IMG/VR virus record: IMGVR_UViG_3300045974_000429
Span: 19,745 to 83,744 of that record
Direction: 5' to 3' (one strand)
Origin: a virus
DNA: 64,000 nucleotides
Every line of letters starts with the position of its first letter. Positions within the stretch are counted from its first letter, which is position 1. The translations under genes and the position numbers were made by a program. This document shows positions 63,718 to 64,000 of this stretch, piece by piece. Under the pieces are notes generated by a model. The model did not search any database and had not been told where the DNA came from. It saw only the letters and a program-made list of their open reading frames with translations.

Positions 63718-63945
63718 TTATTTCTCCCCTTCTCCGCTCAGGGCGGCGTCGAACCCACAATTGCAACGCCCACCAGCCTCGTAGTACAGTTCGCAGCTGA
63801 CTTTGTGGCTGCCGTACTTCAGCAACGCCGCCTCCAGCCGGGAGGCGCGCGCCTCCCACCAGCCGCGCGCGAACCAGCCCGCGTACCAGCCGCAGGTGAG
63901 CAGCGGTAGGTACACCATGAAGAAGTCGCGATTGAGCGGGTTCAT
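63718..63945 (-). CDS. Small membrane-anchored hypothetical protein
   Basis: 75 aa; N-terminal hydrophobic segment; C.CG.D motif. Confidence 0.55.
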   Translation of the reverse strand: MNPLNRDFFMVYLPLLTCGWYAGWFARGWWEARASRLEAALLKYGSHKVSCELYYEAGGRCNCGFDAALSGEGEK

Positions 63946-64000
63946 GTCAGGGCTCCGTGGCAGATGCAGTCGCAGGCTTCTGCCTGCTTGATGGAGATGC

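Noticed and set aside
1-64000. Alternative genetic code, tRNA genes, integrase/att sites
   Set aside because: Genes are intact under the standard code and use all three stops; no tRNA cloverleaf or recombinase recognised by eye (tRNAscan not run), so lifestyle cannot be assigned

Overview
A 64-kb segment of a high-GC tailed dsDNA phage or prophage with a contractile (myovirus-type) tail. Nearly all genes are on the minus strand. In transcription order (right to left): small accessory genes; portal; an inserted appendage block (putative filament proteins, glycosyltransferase, methyltransferase, ~27x20-aa repeat protein, beta-helix spike); membrane/lysis genes; MuF/gpF; small putative internal-head proteins; scaffold; HNH; major capsid; neck; sheath; tube; frameshifted tail chaperones; tape measure; baseplate; GH24 lysozyme; a second beta-helix spike; an early region with four related sigma70-like promoters (intein-bearing MoxR AAA+, vWA/metallopeptidase, sigma-like factor, ParB); and a replication module (SF2 helicase, iteron-containing initiator, DnaB, HD hydrolase, primase, AT-hook protein, UDG-like/PolA fusion running off the left edge). 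No terminase, integrase, tRNA or CRISPR was recognised. Most notable: (1) an intein whose endonuclease-like gene lies in a different reading frame nested inside it; (2) four late-region proteins, including both spikes, with classical Sec signal peptides, suggesting periplasmic export of virion appendages; (3) a spanin-like protein ending in an outer-membrane beta-signal; (4) small proteins sharing a C-terminal PFKNLRG motif. All calls come from motif recognition by eye; no searches were run.
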